NCBI GenBank assembly: GCA_027593235.1
Contig: JAQCIU010000001.1
Location: forward strand, 1-64,000
Direction of reading: 5' to 3'
DNA from: Chloroflexota bacterium
GTDB taxonomy: Bacteria; Chloroflexota; Dehalococcoidia; UBA2979
Length of the DNA stretch: 64,000 nucleotides
The position numbers and the translations under genes are program-made. The notes beneath the pieces are model-generated. The model saw nothing but the letters and a program-made list of their open reading frames with translations, did not search any database and was not told where the DNA came from. Shown here one piece after another: positions 26,779 through 35,926 of the stretch. Positions within the stretch are counted from its first letter, which is position 1. The number at the start of each line of letters is the position of its first letter.

Positions 26779-28005
26779 ATGCCGAACCTGGCGGACGACA
26801 TCGAGCAGGCGCGCGCGCGGGCGCTCGCCGCGATCGACACGGCGAACGGGGACCTGCGCGATCTCAGCCTCGATATCCACGCGCACCCGGAGCTGGCTTA
26901 CCAGGAGGTCCACGCCCACGAGGTGCTGACGAACTTCCTCGAGCAGCGCGGCTTCGCCGTCGAACGTGGCGCGCACGGCCTGCCGACCGCGTTCCGCGCC
27001 ACCTTCGGTAGCGGCGACCCGACGGTCGCCGTGCTCTGCGAGTACGACGCGCTGCCGGGGATCGGGCACGCGTGTGGACATAACCTCATCGCCACCTCGG
27101 GCGTCGCGACCGGCCTCGCGCTGGCCGAGGTGCTGGGCGAAGGGGACGGGACGATCGTCGTCCTCGGCACGCCCGCCGAGGAGCGCGACGGTGGCAAGGC
27201 CGACATGATTCGCAACGGCGCCTTCGAGGGCATCGACGCGGCGCTGATGATGCACCCCGGCGGGCAGTCGGCGCAGATGCCGCCGGGGTCGGTGCGGGTG
27301 CGAGCGAAGCCGAACGCGCTGCACGCGCTGACGGTCCGCTACACCGGCAAGAACGCCCACGCCGCCGGCCGCCCCTGGGACGGACTGAATGCCCTCGACG
27401 CGATGATCCACGCCTACAACGGCATCTCGCTGCTCCGCCAGCAGATGCGGCCCAGCGCCCGCGTCCACGGCATCATCACCGAGGGCGGCCAAGCCCCCAA
27501 CATCATCCCCGACCACACGGCGGCCTACTTCTACGTCCGTGAAGACACCGTCACCCACCTCGAGACCCTGAAGCCGCGCGTCGTCGCCTGCTTCGAAGCC
27601 GCCGCGCTCGCCACCGGCACCGAGCTGGACCTCACCTGGGAGGGCAACCCGTACACCGACATGCAAAACAGCACCCCGCTCGCGGACACCTACGAGAAGC
27701 ACGCGATCGCCCTCGGAATGGACGCCGTCGAGCCGGAGACGGCGGGTGCCGGGTCCACCGACATGGGGAACGTGACCTACGCGGTCCCCGGCCTGCACCC
27801 CTCGTACGCCGTCGAATCAAAGGCGGGCAACCACAACGCGGGGTTCACAGAAGCGGCCGGCAGCGAGGAGGGGCATGCGCGGATGCTCACCGCCTCGAAA
27901 GCGCTCGCCCTCACCGTGATCGATCTCTTTGCGCAGCCGGAGTTGCTCGCCGAGGCGAAGCGGGAGTTCGACGCGCGAGCTGCCGCTGCGCGGGGCGAGG
28001 GGTAG
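26779..28005 (+). CDS. M20 family amidohydrolase
   Basis: HAHPELAYQE, EYDALPGIGHACGHN, GTPAEE, GSTDMGNV. Confidence 0.92.
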   Translation: MPNLADDIEQARARALAAIDTANGDLRDLSLDIHAHPELAYQEVHAHEVLTNFLEQRGFAVERGAHGLPTAFRATFGSGDPTVAVLCEYDALPGIGHACGHNLIATSGVATGLALAEVLGEGDGTIVVLGTPAEERDGGKADMIRNGAFEGIDAALMMHPGGQSAQMPPGSVRVRAKPNALHALTVRYTGKNAHAAGRPWDGLNALDAMIHAYNGISLLRQQMRPSARVHGIITEGGQAPNIIPDHTAAYFYVREDTVTHLETLKPRVVACFEAAALATGTELDLTWEGNPYTDMQNSTPLADTYEKHAIALGMDAVEPETAGAGSTDMGNVTYAVPGLHPSYAVESKAGNHNAGFTEAAGSEEGHARMLTASKALALTVIDLFAQPELLAEAKREFDARAAAARGEG

Positions 28006-28024
28006 CGGCTGACTGATGGCGTTG

Positions 28025-28672
28025 CTACCGCTCGATGAAAGCGGGCACGTCCGGCTCTGGCCGTGGCACGACCGCGGCCGATTCGTAGCCGTAATGCCAG
28101 AGAAGGATGTCGGCGTCGGCCGTCTCGATGAGAGTGCACGGTTCGATGGGAGTTCCGAGGTCTTTCAACACCGCGGCCAGTCGTGCTCCGAGAGCGACGG
28201 CGACTGCGTCACGGTCTGCGTCTCTCGGTTCTGGCCCTGGAGTCCAGATGGTGCAGGCGCGTGTGGCGACCAGCGGATCTGACTCCACGTCGATGCCCGC
28301 GGCGAGCAGCAGCTCGCGCCCACCGATTTCCGTGAGGTCATCGGTCGTCAGCGGCCCTGCATAATGAAGGACAACTGAATCATCGATCCCTGCTGACTCG
28401 ATCACCGCCTTTCCATTGACGAGATCGCCGAATGCCGCCGCGACGCGCTCGTCGGCGAAGATCCCCCGTGGGCGAAGCTTCCAGAACAGGTCGCCGGGCC
28501 GCGACGTGCCGATCGGTGGTGTCGCTGCTGCCGAGGAAGTAGCTGTCGCCGGGGAGGTAGCCGTTGCCGAGGAGTTCGATGTTGCCGAGGAGGTCGCCAC
28601 GTCGTCGCCGCCGTCGGTGCACGCGAGGAGGAGCCCAACCGCCAAGCCAATCAGAACGAGGGAGCGGATCAC
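28025..28672 (-). CDS. Hypothetical lipoprotein
   Basis: Lipobox LLAC, Ser/Thr/Ala linker. Confidence 0.6.
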   Translation of the reverse strand: MIRSLVLIGLAVGLLLACTDGGDDVATSSATSNSSATATSPATATSSAAATPPIGTSRPGDLFWKLRPRGIFADERVAAAFGDLVNGKAVIESAGIDDSVVLHYAGPLTTDDLTEIGGRELLLAAGIDVESDPLVATRACTIWTPGPEPRDADRDAVAVALGARLAAVLKDLGTPIEPCTLIETADADILLWHYGYESAAVVPRPEPDVPAFIER

Positions 28673-28887
28673 GGGCCACCTCTGTTTTGGCGAATCGATT
28701 GAGTCGCGCCTAGCTTACCGGTGCCTCACCGCCGTGTACCGAAAGGCGCTACACGGAGGCGACGTCAGCCGCCGTCGACCGGGAGGAAGACGCCGTGATG
28801 GGGCCGGCTTCGTGCCGGTGAGCGTTTTGCGGCCGAGGGGGAAGCTGGTGTGTCGGGAGGCGATGACTTTGTTGCTAGTGGCGCCGC

Positions 28888-29283
28888 CTACTCGATTCGC
28901 TGGATCGCGCTCACCACGTCGAAGCCGCGGTCGTAGCTCCAGATCGTCGTGCAGCGGAGTCGGTGCATCGCGGCGATGTGCAGGCAATCGCGCGAGGAGA
29001 GTTCGGGGTAGCGGCCCGACATGGCGCGAGCCTCGTCGACGTCCTCCTTCGTGATGTCGACGGTCTGGGAGACCATCGTCTCGAGGGCTTCGTAGGCCGC
29101 GCTCAGATGTTCGCGATCACCGAGCCCTCGGTAGCGATGGAGGATCTCCTGGAAGGTCTCCGCGCTCGTGACGAGCTGTTCGCGGGCGGTGAGGAGCTGG
29201 GGCACCAGTTCGATCACTCGCTGCTTATTTGGGTGGTCCGCCCCAACGAGGTACATCGGGACGTTCGAGTCGACGTAGATCAT
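28888..29283 (-). CDS. vapC: PIN-domain toxin (VapC family)
   Basis: IYVDSNVPMY, ETFQEILHRY, LSSRDCLHIA, SYDRGFD acidic PIN residues. Confidence 0.9.
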   Translation of the reverse strand: MIYVDSNVPMYLVGADHPNKQRVIELVPQLLTAREQLVTSAETFQEILHRYRGLGDREHLSAAYEALETMVSQTVDITKEDVDEARAMSGRYPELSSRDCLHIAAMHRLRCTTIWSYDRGFDVVSAIQRIE

Positions 29284-29528
29284 TCCTGGGCGCGGCCGCG
29301 CTCGATCTCCTCGAGCATCTGCTCAATGTCGCCGGTGGGCCCTGAGAAGCGGGCGAAGCGGAGTACGGCGGCGATGCGCTCGGCCGGCTCGATCTCAGGC
29401 TCCTCGGCGACCGTGCGTCGCAGGCTATCGCGGACGATCCGTGCGATCGGCTTGCCCTGGCGTTTGGCCGCGTCCTGGATGGCGCGGTACTCGTCGTCGG
29501 GAAGCACGACCTGAAGTCGTTTACTCAT
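29280..29528 (-). CDS. vapB: Ribbon-helix-helix antitoxin (VapB/CopG-like)
   Basis: MSKRLQVVLPDDEY...IARIVRDSL...PTGDIEQMLEEIERG; ATGA overlap with the toxin gene. Confidence 0.85.
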   Translation of the reverse strand: MSKRLQVVLPDDEYRAIQDAAKRQGKPIARIVRDSLRRTVAEEPEIEPAERIAAVLRFARFSGPTGDIEQMLEEIERGRAQE

Positions 29529-29534
29529 TCTTTG

Positions 29535-29563
29535 AGCATGAAACGACTCACTTAAGGAGTCAA
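29535..29563 (-). promoter_or_regulatory. Leaderless vapBC promoter with palindromic operator
   Basis: Minus strand TTGACT-17-CATGCT-6-ATG; inverted repeat GACTC-A-CTTAAG-GAGTC at 29545-29561. Confidence 0.6.
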
Positions 29564-29611
29564 GTAGGGTTCCCTCGGCCGTTCCAGTGCTCCTGGGAGG
29601 CAGCGCGACGC

Positions 29612-30415
29612 CTAGTTCGGGGCGACGGCACGTCCGCCATCGACGGGGAGTGACACGCCGGTGATGAACTTGGCTTCGTCGCTGTGCAGGAACAACGAGG
29701 CGTAGGCGATGTCCCAGCCGCTGCCCATCTTCCGCCCCAGCGGCACGCTCGCATCTCTCGAGGCGATGACTTGCTCCCGAGGCGTGCCGGCCGCCACCCG
29801 CGCTTCGACGGCCATTGGCGTGTTCATCAGGCCGGGGAGGATGACGTTGGCGCGGATGCCGTATTCCGCGTTGTAGCCGGCGAGGTTCTCCGTCAGCGCG
29901 ACCACCGCCGCCTTCGTCGTTTTGTAGCCGACATACGCGTACGCCGAGCGCACCGCCATCGAGGAGATGTTGACGATGGATCCGGAGCCCTGCTCCCGCA
30001 TCGAGGGCAGCACGTGCTTGCAGGCGAGCCACATGCCTCGGAGGTTGACCTGGTAGAGGCGGTCGAAGGCCTCCACCTCGAGGTCGGTCGCGACGGCGTC
30101 GCCGAGGGCGAGGCTGGCGCCGACGTTGTTGTGCAGCAGATCGATGCGGTCGTAGGTCGAGAGGCATGCCTGGACGGCGGACCGCACGTCTTCCTCGGCG
30201 GTGACGTCGGCGGCGAAGGCGGTCGCCTCTCCACCTGCGGCGCGGATCGTCTCGGCGGTCGCTTCGGCCGCGAGCAGCTCGCGGTCGACAATGAGGACGC
30301 GCGCGCCCTCGCGAGCGAGTAGCTCCGCGGTCGCACGGCCGTTGCCGATCGTCTCGCCCGGCGTTTGCCCGCCACCGAAGATCAGCAGCACTTTGCCCTC
30401 GACTCGTCCGGCCAT
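29612..30415 (-). CDS. Short-chain dehydrogenase/reductase
   Basis: GGGQTPGETIGNG, NNVG, NISS, YKTTK, NVILPG. Confidence 0.92.
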   Translation of the reverse strand: MAGRVEGKVLLIFGGGQTPGETIGNGRATAELLAREGARVLIVDRELLAAEATAETIRAAGGEATAFAADVTAEEDVRSAVQACLSTYDRIDLLHNNVGASLALGDAVATDLEVEAFDRLYQVNLRGMWLACKHVLPSMREQGSGSIVNISSMAVRSAYAYVGYKTTKAAVVALTENLAGYNAEYGIRANVILPGLMNTPMAVEARVAAGTPREQVIASRDASVPLGRKMGSGWDIAYASLFLHSDEAKFITGVSLPVDGGRAVAPN

Positions 30416-30584
30416 TGGTCGCTCCTCGGCTGTCACGCGTGCGGTGTGGGGTCGTCTGTGTGGGCGGATTCTAGGCGCGGGCGCCTCCCAAGGACGTGCG
30501 CGGTTCGGATCCCAACTCCGCGTGCGATTTCGGTTAGTATTCACGGACGTCATAGTTAGACATAAAGCGCGCGGGAGAACGCAG

Positions 30585-31298
30585 ATGGCAAAACGAACCG
30601 GTCGCTCGAGTCAGGCGGTCCCTGGTCGGTTGAGAGTCGCGCTCGACGTGAACTACGCCTTTGCCGCACGTATGGCTCAGGCCCAACTTCAGGTCGAGGC
30701 GTACATCATCACAATCGTCCTCGCCTTGGTCGCCGCATTACTTGCGGTCGATGCTCCTTGGGCAGCGCTTGTCGCCCTGGGCTTGCTTGGGCTGATGCTC
30801 GTGGGCGTCGCCCTGTTCCTCGACATGGGCTACTGGATGGAGGAGGCCGCCGCCAAACGGAGAATCAACGCTGTCATGACCGATCGGTCATTTCCTCCGG
30901 AGTCGAGGGGGGCGCCTGTTCGAGTGCTGCCGCGGTTCAGCAACTACGCGAGCACGACTCTCTCTCGTGGCAGGGCTCGCTTCTTCGCCGGCATGCGCAT
31001 TCCGTTCTATGTGGCCCTCGTCGTGCTGCTGGTAGCGACGGCCGGAATCCGTGTGTACGGCGCAGTCAGCGGCCCTGCTGCGTCCGATGGCTTGCTCGCC
31101 GATCGCCTCGAGTTGTACGCGTTCTCGCCTCACCCCCATCGCGATTCAAACGGGATGGCCGAGGCGGTTCGGGCCGTCTGCGCCGAGAAGCTCGGCACCT
31201 CGGTGAGCGACGAGTTTGTCCTTGCCTGCGCCGCATTCAGCACGAACCGGCTGCCCTCGCATGCGCGCGCGGCGCGCTTGCATAACATGCTTCGATAG
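30585..31298 (+). CDS. Hypothetical membrane protein
   Basis: Three hydrophobic segments; GGGAG upstream; no family recognised. Confidence 0.5.
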   Translation: MAKRTGRSSQAVPGRLRVALDVNYAFAARMAQAQLQVEAYIITIVLALVAALLAVDAPWAALVALGLLGLMLVGVALFLDMGYWMEEAAAKRRINAVMTDRSFPPESRGAPVRVLPRFSNYASTTLSRGRARFFAGMRIPFYVALVVLLVATAGIRVYGAVSGPAASDGLLADRLELYAFSPHPHRDSNGMAEAVRAVCAEKLGTSVSDEFVLACAAFSTNRLPSHARAARLHNMLR

Positions 31299-31308
31299 GC
31301 CGAGCCGG

Positions 31309-31370
31309 TTGACGGTGACAGGGGAGAGCGCGTAATTTACCGATAGGTGTAATAAACCGATTGGTGAAAT
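31309..31370 (+). promoter_or_regulatory. Promoter and tandem operator of the ArsR-SRPBCC operon
   Basis: TTGACG-18-TAATTT; two imperfect palindromes TTACCGATAGGTGTAA and TAAACCGATTGGTGAAA in an AT-rich island. Confidence 0.6.
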
Positions 31371-31372
31371 AG

Positions 31373-31744
31373 ATGCCCACCGAAGCACCATCCCGCGACC
31401 CCCTCAGCGCCACCCTCGCCGCGCTCGCCGATCCCACGAGGCGTGCGATCATCGCGCGCCTCGCCGAGGGCGAAGCCGCCGTGACCGAGCTGGCCGCGCC
31501 GTTCGCGATGACGCTACCCGCCGTCTCCAAGCACCTGAAGGTGCTGGAGCGCGCCCACCTCATCGAGCGCAGCCGCCACGCGCAGTGGCGGCCCTGCCGC
31601 CTCGCCCCGGCGCCGCTGAAAGAGGTGGCCACCTGGGTCGAGGAATACCGCCGCCTCTGGGAGGACAGCTTCGATCGCCTCGATGCCTACCTCGGGGAGT
31701 TGCAGGGGCAGCCCGCTGCCGATCGCTCGGCTACCAGTGAATAG
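31373..31744 (+). CDS. ArsR/SmtB family transcriptional regulator
   Basis: ALADPTRRAIIARL, AVSKHLKVLERA, WEDSFDRLD. Confidence 0.92.
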   Translation: MPTEAPSRDPLSATLAALADPTRRAIIARLAEGEAAVTELAAPFAMTLPAVSKHLKVLERAHLIERSRHAQWRPCRLAPAPLKEVATWVEEYRRLWEDSFDRLDAYLGELQGQPAADRSATSE

Positions 31745-31786
31745 CGACACGGAAGCATCGCCGATTCGGCGCGAAGGAGTACTGCG

Positions 31787-32278
31787 ATGACGACAGGCAA
31801 TGACGCGCAGGTGACCGACGACGGGGTGCTGGTCGAACGCGTCTTCGACGCGCCTCGGGAGCTGGTCTGGCAGGCGTGGACCAACCCCGAGCACTTCAAG
31901 CGCTGGTACGGCCCGAACGGCTTCACGCTGCCGGTCTGTGAGATCGATCTCCAGGTCGGCGGCCGCCACCTCTGGGGCATGCGCTCGCCAGACGGGATGG
32001 AGATGTTCAGCACCGGCGTCTACAGCGAGGTCGTGCCGAACGAGCGCTTCGTCTGCACCGATGCTTTTGCCGACAAGGATGGCAACCCCGTTTCGATGGG
32101 CGACGACCACCACCCGGTGGAGACGATCCTCACGCTGACGCTCGAGGACCTCGGTGACGGCAAAACGAAGGCGACGCTGCGTCAGGCGGGCTGGACGGAC
32201 CCCGGCATGGCGGCTGGCGCCGGCGGTGGCTGGAACCAGGCGTTCGACAAGCTCGAGGCGGTGCTCGCCGCGAACTAG
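31787..32278 (+). CDS. SRPBCC / AHSA1-like protein
   Basis: ERVFDAPRELVWQAWT, WYGP, GWNQAFDKL. Confidence 0.9.
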   Translation: MTTGNDAQVTDDGVLVERVFDAPRELVWQAWTNPEHFKRWYGPNGFTLPVCEIDLQVGGRHLWGMRSPDGMEMFSTGVYSEVVPNERFVCTDAFADKDGNPVSMGDDHHPVETILTLTLEDLGDGKTKATLRQAGWTDPGMAAGAGGGWNQAFDKLEAVLAAN

Positions 32279-32350
32279 CGACCACTCTCGGCGGGTCGGG
32301 ACGTCCGAGGGCGCCTCGACTCGCCGCTTCGCTCGGTCCCCGCTGGGTCG

Positions 32351-33262
32351 CTAGCGGGCGTGGTCCGCGAGGGTGGCGCCCAGCATCGTTCGCGCCAGCG
32401 AGACCATCGCCGCGTTCGTGTCGATGTAGTACGGCAGCGCCACGATCGCCATCGAGAGCGCCCAGCCACGTCCGCGAGCCCAGGTCGCGTCGTCGACGTC
32501 CATCGCACGGCGGAACGTCTCGCGGCTCTCGCCGTCGAAAAGGTTCCACGCCGGGAGCAGGTCGACGGCGGGATCGCCGATCCCGAGGGCGCCCCAATCG
32601 ATCACCGCGCTTAGCCTGCCGTCTTGAACGAGCAGGTTGGCGGGCTGCAGGTCGCCGTGGATCCAGACCGGCGCGCCCTCGTAGCTGGGCGCGGCGAGGT
32701 CGGCTTCCCAGGCGGCGGTCACCGCCTCGATGTCAACGAGGCCCTCGGAGCGGGCGATCGCGTCGCGGGTGTGAGCGTCGCGCGTGGCGAGTGGAACGCC
32801 GCGCCCGTAGTTGTGTGCGCCGGGGACCGGGGCGCCGGTGGTGTCGATCGACTGCAGCGCGCGGAGGAACACGGCGAGGGAACGGGCCGCCTCGTCGAGG
32901 TCGGTGAGGCGATCGGGGAAGGCGAGATCGCCCTGGAGCCAGGGCATGACCGACCAGACGACCGGGTATCCGCTGTCGTTGGGGTCGCCAGGGGCGGGTT
33001 CGCCCTGGGCGAGCGGGACCGGCAACGCGAGCGGCAGCTGCGGCGCAAGCCGCGGAAGCCACTCGCGCTCCTTCTCGATCTGCGAGGCGCCGGCTTCGCG
33101 GAGCGGTAGCCGCACCGCCAGTTCGTCACCGAGCCGGTAGATCGCGTTGACCGTGCCGCCCGAGGCCACGCGTTCGATCGGCAGATCCGCCCACTGCGGG
33201 AACTGCGCCGCCAGCAGCTGCCGTACGAGGTCGGCGTCGGTCGCGATCTCGTCTGCGTGCAT
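32351..33262 (-). CDS. Aminoglycoside phosphotransferase family protein
   Basis: QFPQWADLP, WIHGDLQPANLL, AVIDWG, GDPAVDL, WARGRGWAL. Confidence 0.9.
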   Translation of the reverse strand: MHADEIATDADLVRQLLAAQFPQWADLPIERVASGGTVNAIYRLGDELAVRLPLREAGASQIEKEREWLPRLAPQLPLALPVPLAQGEPAPGDPNDSGYPVVWSVMPWLQGDLAFPDRLTDLDEAARSLAVFLRALQSIDTTGAPVPGAHNYGRGVPLATRDAHTRDAIARSEGLVDIEAVTAAWEADLAAPSYEGAPVWIHGDLQPANLLVQDGRLSAVIDWGALGIGDPAVDLLPAWNLFDGESRETFRRAMDVDDATWARGRGWALSMAIVALPYYIDTNAAMVSLARTMLGATLADHAR

Positions 33263-33276
33263 CGGTCCGGCCAACG

Positions 33277-33855
33277 TTAGCCCTCGGCGATCGTGGGGGC
33301 GTACTGACGCAGCGGGTCGATCGAGTGCCACACGTAGCGCAGCACGGTCACCCCTCCGCCATCGGGCGTCACCATCTCCGTAGGACCCTCGTTGGTGGCG
33401 CCGATGTACTCGTAGAACGGCCGCGCGCGGGCATTGCCATCCAGCACCCAGAGAAAGAACCCCGCGTCCGGATACGCGCGTTCCGACCACAGCGCAGAGG
33501 CGGCGACAAGCTGCCGCCCAATCCCACGTCCTTCCGCCGCCCCCGATACGTGCAGGTTGTCCAGCAACGTTCCCCACTTCGGGTCGTCCGCCCCGAACGA
33601 GCACGCGAACCCCAGCAGCGACTCGTCGTCGTCGATGGCGAGCAATGTGTACATTCTCGCGCGCCGCTCCGCCCCGCCCGGGGGCTGCTGGCCTGCCGCC
33701 GCGTAGCGCTCCCGCCACACCTCGCGTCGATCGTCGTGCACCGGCCCATCGAGGTACGCGTCGCTGTACGCCCCCCGATAGGCGCGACGCCAGCTTTCCG
33801 CATGCAACGCCGCGATCACATCGGCATCCTCGGCGGTCGCTTCTCGAAAGCGCAT
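33277..33855 (-). CDS. GNAT family N-acetyltransferase
   Basis: IAALHAESWRRAYRG, LLDNLHV, GRGIGRQL, LWVLDGNARARPFYE. Confidence 0.88.
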   Translation of the reverse strand: MRFREATAEDADVIAALHAESWRRAYRGAYSDAYLDGPVHDDRREVWRERYAAAGQQPPGGAERRARMYTLLAIDDDESLLGFACSFGADDPKWGTLLDNLHVSGAAEGRGIGRQLVAASALWSERAYPDAGFFLWVLDGNARARPFYEYIGATNEGPTEMVTPDGGGVTVLRYVWHSIDPLRQYAPTIAEG

Positions 33856-34008
33856 CAACGGTCCTTGCTACTTCCCGATTGGTCGTTGGAATTGTGAGCG
33901 TCCATCCGAGACTAGCCGCCCCAGATTCGAGGGTCATCAGACCCGCGGGCTAGCAACTCGACGAAGGAACACACCGAGGCCCGAAGGGTCATCAACCCCC
34001 GAAGGGGG

Positions 34009-35151
34009 CTAGTCCAGCGCGGCGATTACGCGGTTCACCAGCTCGCTGCGGTCGCCCGCCCAGCGGGTGACGACTACGAGGTCGTGCTCGGGGTCGACGA
34101 AGACGATGTTCCCGCCGGCGCCCTGCGCCGCGAACGCCGAGGCGGGCGCGCCGCTGTAGAGCTGCTGTCCCGTGTTGAGCCACCAGAGGTACCCGTAGCG
34201 ATCGCTCACCTCGGACGGGGTCAGCGACTCCTCGATCCAGGCCTCGGAGAGGAGGCGGCGGCCGTTCCACTCGCCTCGGTTCAGCATCAGCAGGCCAAAG
34301 CGCGCGTGGTCGAGCGCGCTGATGAACAGCCCGCCACCCCAGTGCCCGCCGCCCGGTACCGAGGGCATCGAGACGCCCTCGACGTCGACCCAGGAGTTCT
34401 CGTAGGGGTGCCACGTCCACTCCGAGGACGCTCCGATCGGGTCCATCACCTCGCGACGGAGCACCTCGGGAAGCGGCTCTTTCCAGATACGGAGCGCGCT
34501 GAGCGCGAGCCGGTTCACGCGGACGTCGTTGTATTCCCAGAAGGAACCGGGCGCCCGTAGTTCGCGCGTCGAGCCCTTCTCTGCCGCAAGTTGTTCGGAT
34601 CCGCCTACGGCGGTGGCACTGTCCGCTTCGCCTGTCGAGACCGACGTCCCCTGCACGTCGCGGTGATAGTCCACGCTGTCCGGCCGGTCGAAGAGCGTGC
34701 CCTGCCACTCGCTCGTCATCTGGAGCATGTGCTTCCAGGTGATGCGCGCGTTGTGCTCCGAGTCGAACCCACCGTCGGCGATCCGCTCGCGCATCGGCTC
34801 GTCCATCGACCCGAGCATCCCGCGGTCGCGTGCCAGGCCCACCGTCACCGACAGGTAGCTTTTCGTCGCACTGAAGGTCATGTCGACGCGGCCGGGGTCG
34901 CCCCACTCAGCCACGAGGTAGCCATCGCGGATCACGAGGCCGGCGGCCGGACCTCGATCCTGCGCCGGCCCGAGGATTTCGTCGTAGGGCGGCGGGTCGT
35001 TGCGACCGACCATCCTCGAGACATCGATCGGCCAGTCGATCTCGCTCTCGACGGCGTAACGCACGGCAGCCTCGAGGCGGGCGGGGTCGAAGCCGGCTTC
35101 GACCGGATCTTGCCGCGCCCACTCACCGGCCGGGGGAAAGTACTTGCTCAT
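34009..35151 (-). CDS. Beta-lactamase-related serine hydrolase
   Basis: SxxK motif (FSATKS), WEYND, GHWGGG, YGYLWW. Confidence 0.88.
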   Translation of the reverse strand: MSKYFPPAGEWARQDPVEAGFDPARLEAAVRYAVESEIDWPIDVSRMVGRNDPPPYDEILGPAQDRGPAAGLVIRDGYLVAEWGDPGRVDMTFSATKSYLSVTVGLARDRGMLGSMDEPMRERIADGGFDSEHNARITWKHMLQMTSEWQGTLFDRPDSVDYHRDVQGTSVSTGEADSATAVGGSEQLAAEKGSTRELRAPGSFWEYNDVRVNRLALSALRIWKEPLPEVLRREVMDPIGASSEWTWHPYENSWVDVEGVSMPSVPGGGHWGGGLFISALDHARFGLLMLNRGEWNGRRLLSEAWIEESLTPSEVSDRYGYLWWLNTGQQLYSGAPASAFAAQGAGGNIVFVDPEHDLVVVTRWAGDRSELVNRVIAALD

Positions 35152-35198
35152 CGGCGGAGTCTAGCCGAGCGAGCGCCACCCCGAGGGCGCGCCGTCGC

Positions 35199-35645
35199 TC
35201 AGCTCGGATCGCGGTACTTGATGAACGGCGTGAGCCGCCCCACCCGGTCGTACAACTTCCGCGCCGTCTCGTTGAACTCTTGCGTGAGCCAGTAGGTCTG
35301 GCCAGCCCCTCGCTCGCGAGCGGCGCTGTAGACCGCCTCGATCAACGCGCGCCCCGCTCCACCCAGACGCACCTCGGGGCTCACGAACAGGTCTTGCAGG
35401 TAGCAGACCTCGCTCGTGCTCCATGTCGAACTGTGGAACAGGTAGTGCACGATCCCGATCGGCACATCCGACTCGTCGACGGCGCAAAACCCGTTCGGAT
35501 CGATGCCTTCAGTGAGCAGTCGCTGCCACGTCGCCTCGGTTACCTCCGCCGGCAATCGCGATTCATAGAAGGTCAGATAGCCTTGCCAGAGCGGCTCCCA
35601 CGCAATCCGGTCATCCGCCCTCAGTGGCCGAATCGTCCAGCTCAT
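35199..35645 (-). CDS. GNAT family N-acetyltransferase
   Basis: WEPLWQGYLTFY, CYLQDLFVSPEVRLGGAGRALI, YWLTQEFNETARKLYD. Confidence 0.9.
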   Translation of the reverse strand: MSWTIRPLRADDRIAWEPLWQGYLTFYESRLPAEVTEATWQRLLTEGIDPNGFCAVDESDVPIGIVHYLFHSSTWSTSEVCYLQDLFVSPEVRLGGAGRALIEAVYSAARERGAGQTYWLTQEFNETARKLYDRVGRLTPFIKYRDPS

Positions 35646-35926
35646 CTGCGTTCCCGCCCCTCCGCGCCCACACCAATCCGAGGAGTCTAGCGGCGGAGTG
35701 GCCGACCAGGCGGGGGCGTGGCGCGGTTGAGCACGACGGTGCACCCGCGGCCGGCGAGGGCGAGCCGGGTCACTTCCCGGACCGCACGGAAACTGCCGAT
35801 GCTGGCTGCAACCCCGATTCGTCGCCGCTATCGCCATCACGCCCGTAGCGATCCGGCGCGCGTATCCCTAGGCTGCACGCGTCCCCAACCTGTAGGCGGA
35901 CAAGCGGCATTCGAGGAGGCGGGACG

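Noticed and set aside
28725-28765. Hairpin resembling group II intron domain V or the SRP RNA helix
   Set aside because: Lacks the domain V bulge and domain VI, no RT/maturase nearby, and no SRP GCAG motif; kept only as a generic structured-RNA candidate
33901-33960. CTGATGA on the minus strand, suggesting a hammerhead ribozyme
   Set aside because: No GAAA core after a stem II and no matching cleavage-site arrangement
32351-35151. Antibiotic-resistance cluster (APH-like, GNAT, beta-lactamase-like)
   Set aside because: These are broad superfamily members; nothing in the sequence shows antibiotic specificity or mobility
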